From contig MGJK01000012.1 in the NCBI GenBank assembly GCA_001794215.1, positions 4,834 to 68,833 of the forward strand: a stretch of DNA of 64,000 bases, given 5' to 3'. The position numbers were made by a program, and so were the translations under genes. Positions within the stretch are counted from its first letter, which is position 1, and every line of letters begins with the position of its first letter. This DNA comes from Candidatus Yanofskybacteria bacterium RIFCSPHIGHO2_01_FULL_44_24 (lineage in GTDB: Bacteria; Patescibacteriota; Minisyncoccia; 2-02-FULL-40-12; GWA2-44-9). This document shows, piece after piece, positions 63,834 through 64,000 of the stretch. The notes under the pieces are model-generated. The model ran no database searches. It was given only the letters and a program-made list of their open reading frames with translations, and had not been told where the DNA came from.

Positions 63834-63858
63834 GGAGCCTATAGGCTCCTTTGTCGTT
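63834..63858. terminator. bidirectional terminator hairpin between convergent genes
   Basis: ggagcct at aggctcc is a perfect 7-bp stem followed by tttgtcgtt. Confidence 0.6.
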
Positions 63859-64000
63859 ATTGGGCGACCGATACGATGAACTCGGCGGCTCTTTGGGCAT
63901 TCTTGCCGTCGAGCTTGAAGTTATTTTCCTGATTTTCTCTCAGGCCTAAGTTGTTCTGGAATGACTGCTCGAGAAATTTCCTGAGTTGGTTCCGATCGGT
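63857..64000 (-). CDS. 3' end of a convergent minus-strand gene (partial, runs off window)
   Basis: Open minus-strand frame ending ...NNFKLDGKNAQRAAEFIVSVAQ with TAA at 63857-63859. Only 47 codons visible, so function is unassignable. Confidence 0.35.
   Translation of the reverse strand, partial: TDRNQLRKFLEQSFQNNLGLRENQENNFKLDGKNAQRAAEFIVSVAQ

Noticed and set aside
1-64000. CRISPR array, tRNA or rRNA genes
   Set aside because: No regularly spaced identical repeats with unique spacers were found; the AT-rich repeats are irregular and gene-proximal. No cloverleaf-compatible GTTC-containing segments were found. No rRNA-like conserved stretches were found.

Overview
This window appears to be one continuous cell-surface glycan biosynthesis island from a low-GC bacterium with short intergenic spacers and weak Shine-Dalgarno sites. 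The general look is consistent with a CPR/Patescibacteria-like genome, but that is inference only. Almost every gene is a glycosyltransferase, a nucleotide-sugar modifying enzyme, a methyltransferase or an exporter. The recognisable modules are as follows. (1) A run of GT4/GT2 glycosyltransferases at 3-19 kb, plus a signal-peptide-bearing Ser/Thr/Gly-rich protein with many N-x-S/T sequons, which is a candidate glycoprotein substrate. (2) A 6-deoxyhexose C-methyl branch: a C-methyltransferase, an SDR 4-ketoreductase and an RmlD-like reductase, in which the C-methyltransferase is split by an intact IS element, while an intact, visibly GC-richer paralog sits 20 kb downstream. (3) A minus-strand operon gmd / ColD-like PLP 3-dehydratase (His in place of the Schiff-base Lys) / Nudix / Fcl-ColC-like reductase / two MsbA-type ABC exporters, which fits a GDP-colitose-like 3,6-dideoxyhexose pathway. 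(4) Two separate nonulosonic-acid sets (NeuA-like + NeuB-like, and NeuA-like + NeuB-like + NeuC-like), with a MurG/PseG-like GT-B protein, a KdsC-like phosphatase, two HP-motif putative sialyl/Kdo-type transferases, an amidinotransferase (C-terminal GGIHCSTLD), a NodB deacetylase and six class I SAM methyltransferases. (5) Repeat biology: a ~115-bp AT-rich hairpin-containing intergenic element family (at least four copies, with compensatory stem changes), one copy of which splits a GT4 gene into two ORFs exactly at the E-x7-E motif. There is also a separate palindromic A-rich/T-rich cgaaacaa/ttgtttcg motif placed ~20 nt upstream of three start codons, which in one case brackets a four-helix-bundle (Avd/23S-IVS-protein-like) gene. 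No rRNA, tRNA or CRISPR array was found. The most interesting candidate systems are a possible amidino- and methyl-modified nonulosonic acid pathway in a minimal genome, and the mobile hairpin elements that rewire glycosyltransferase genes.
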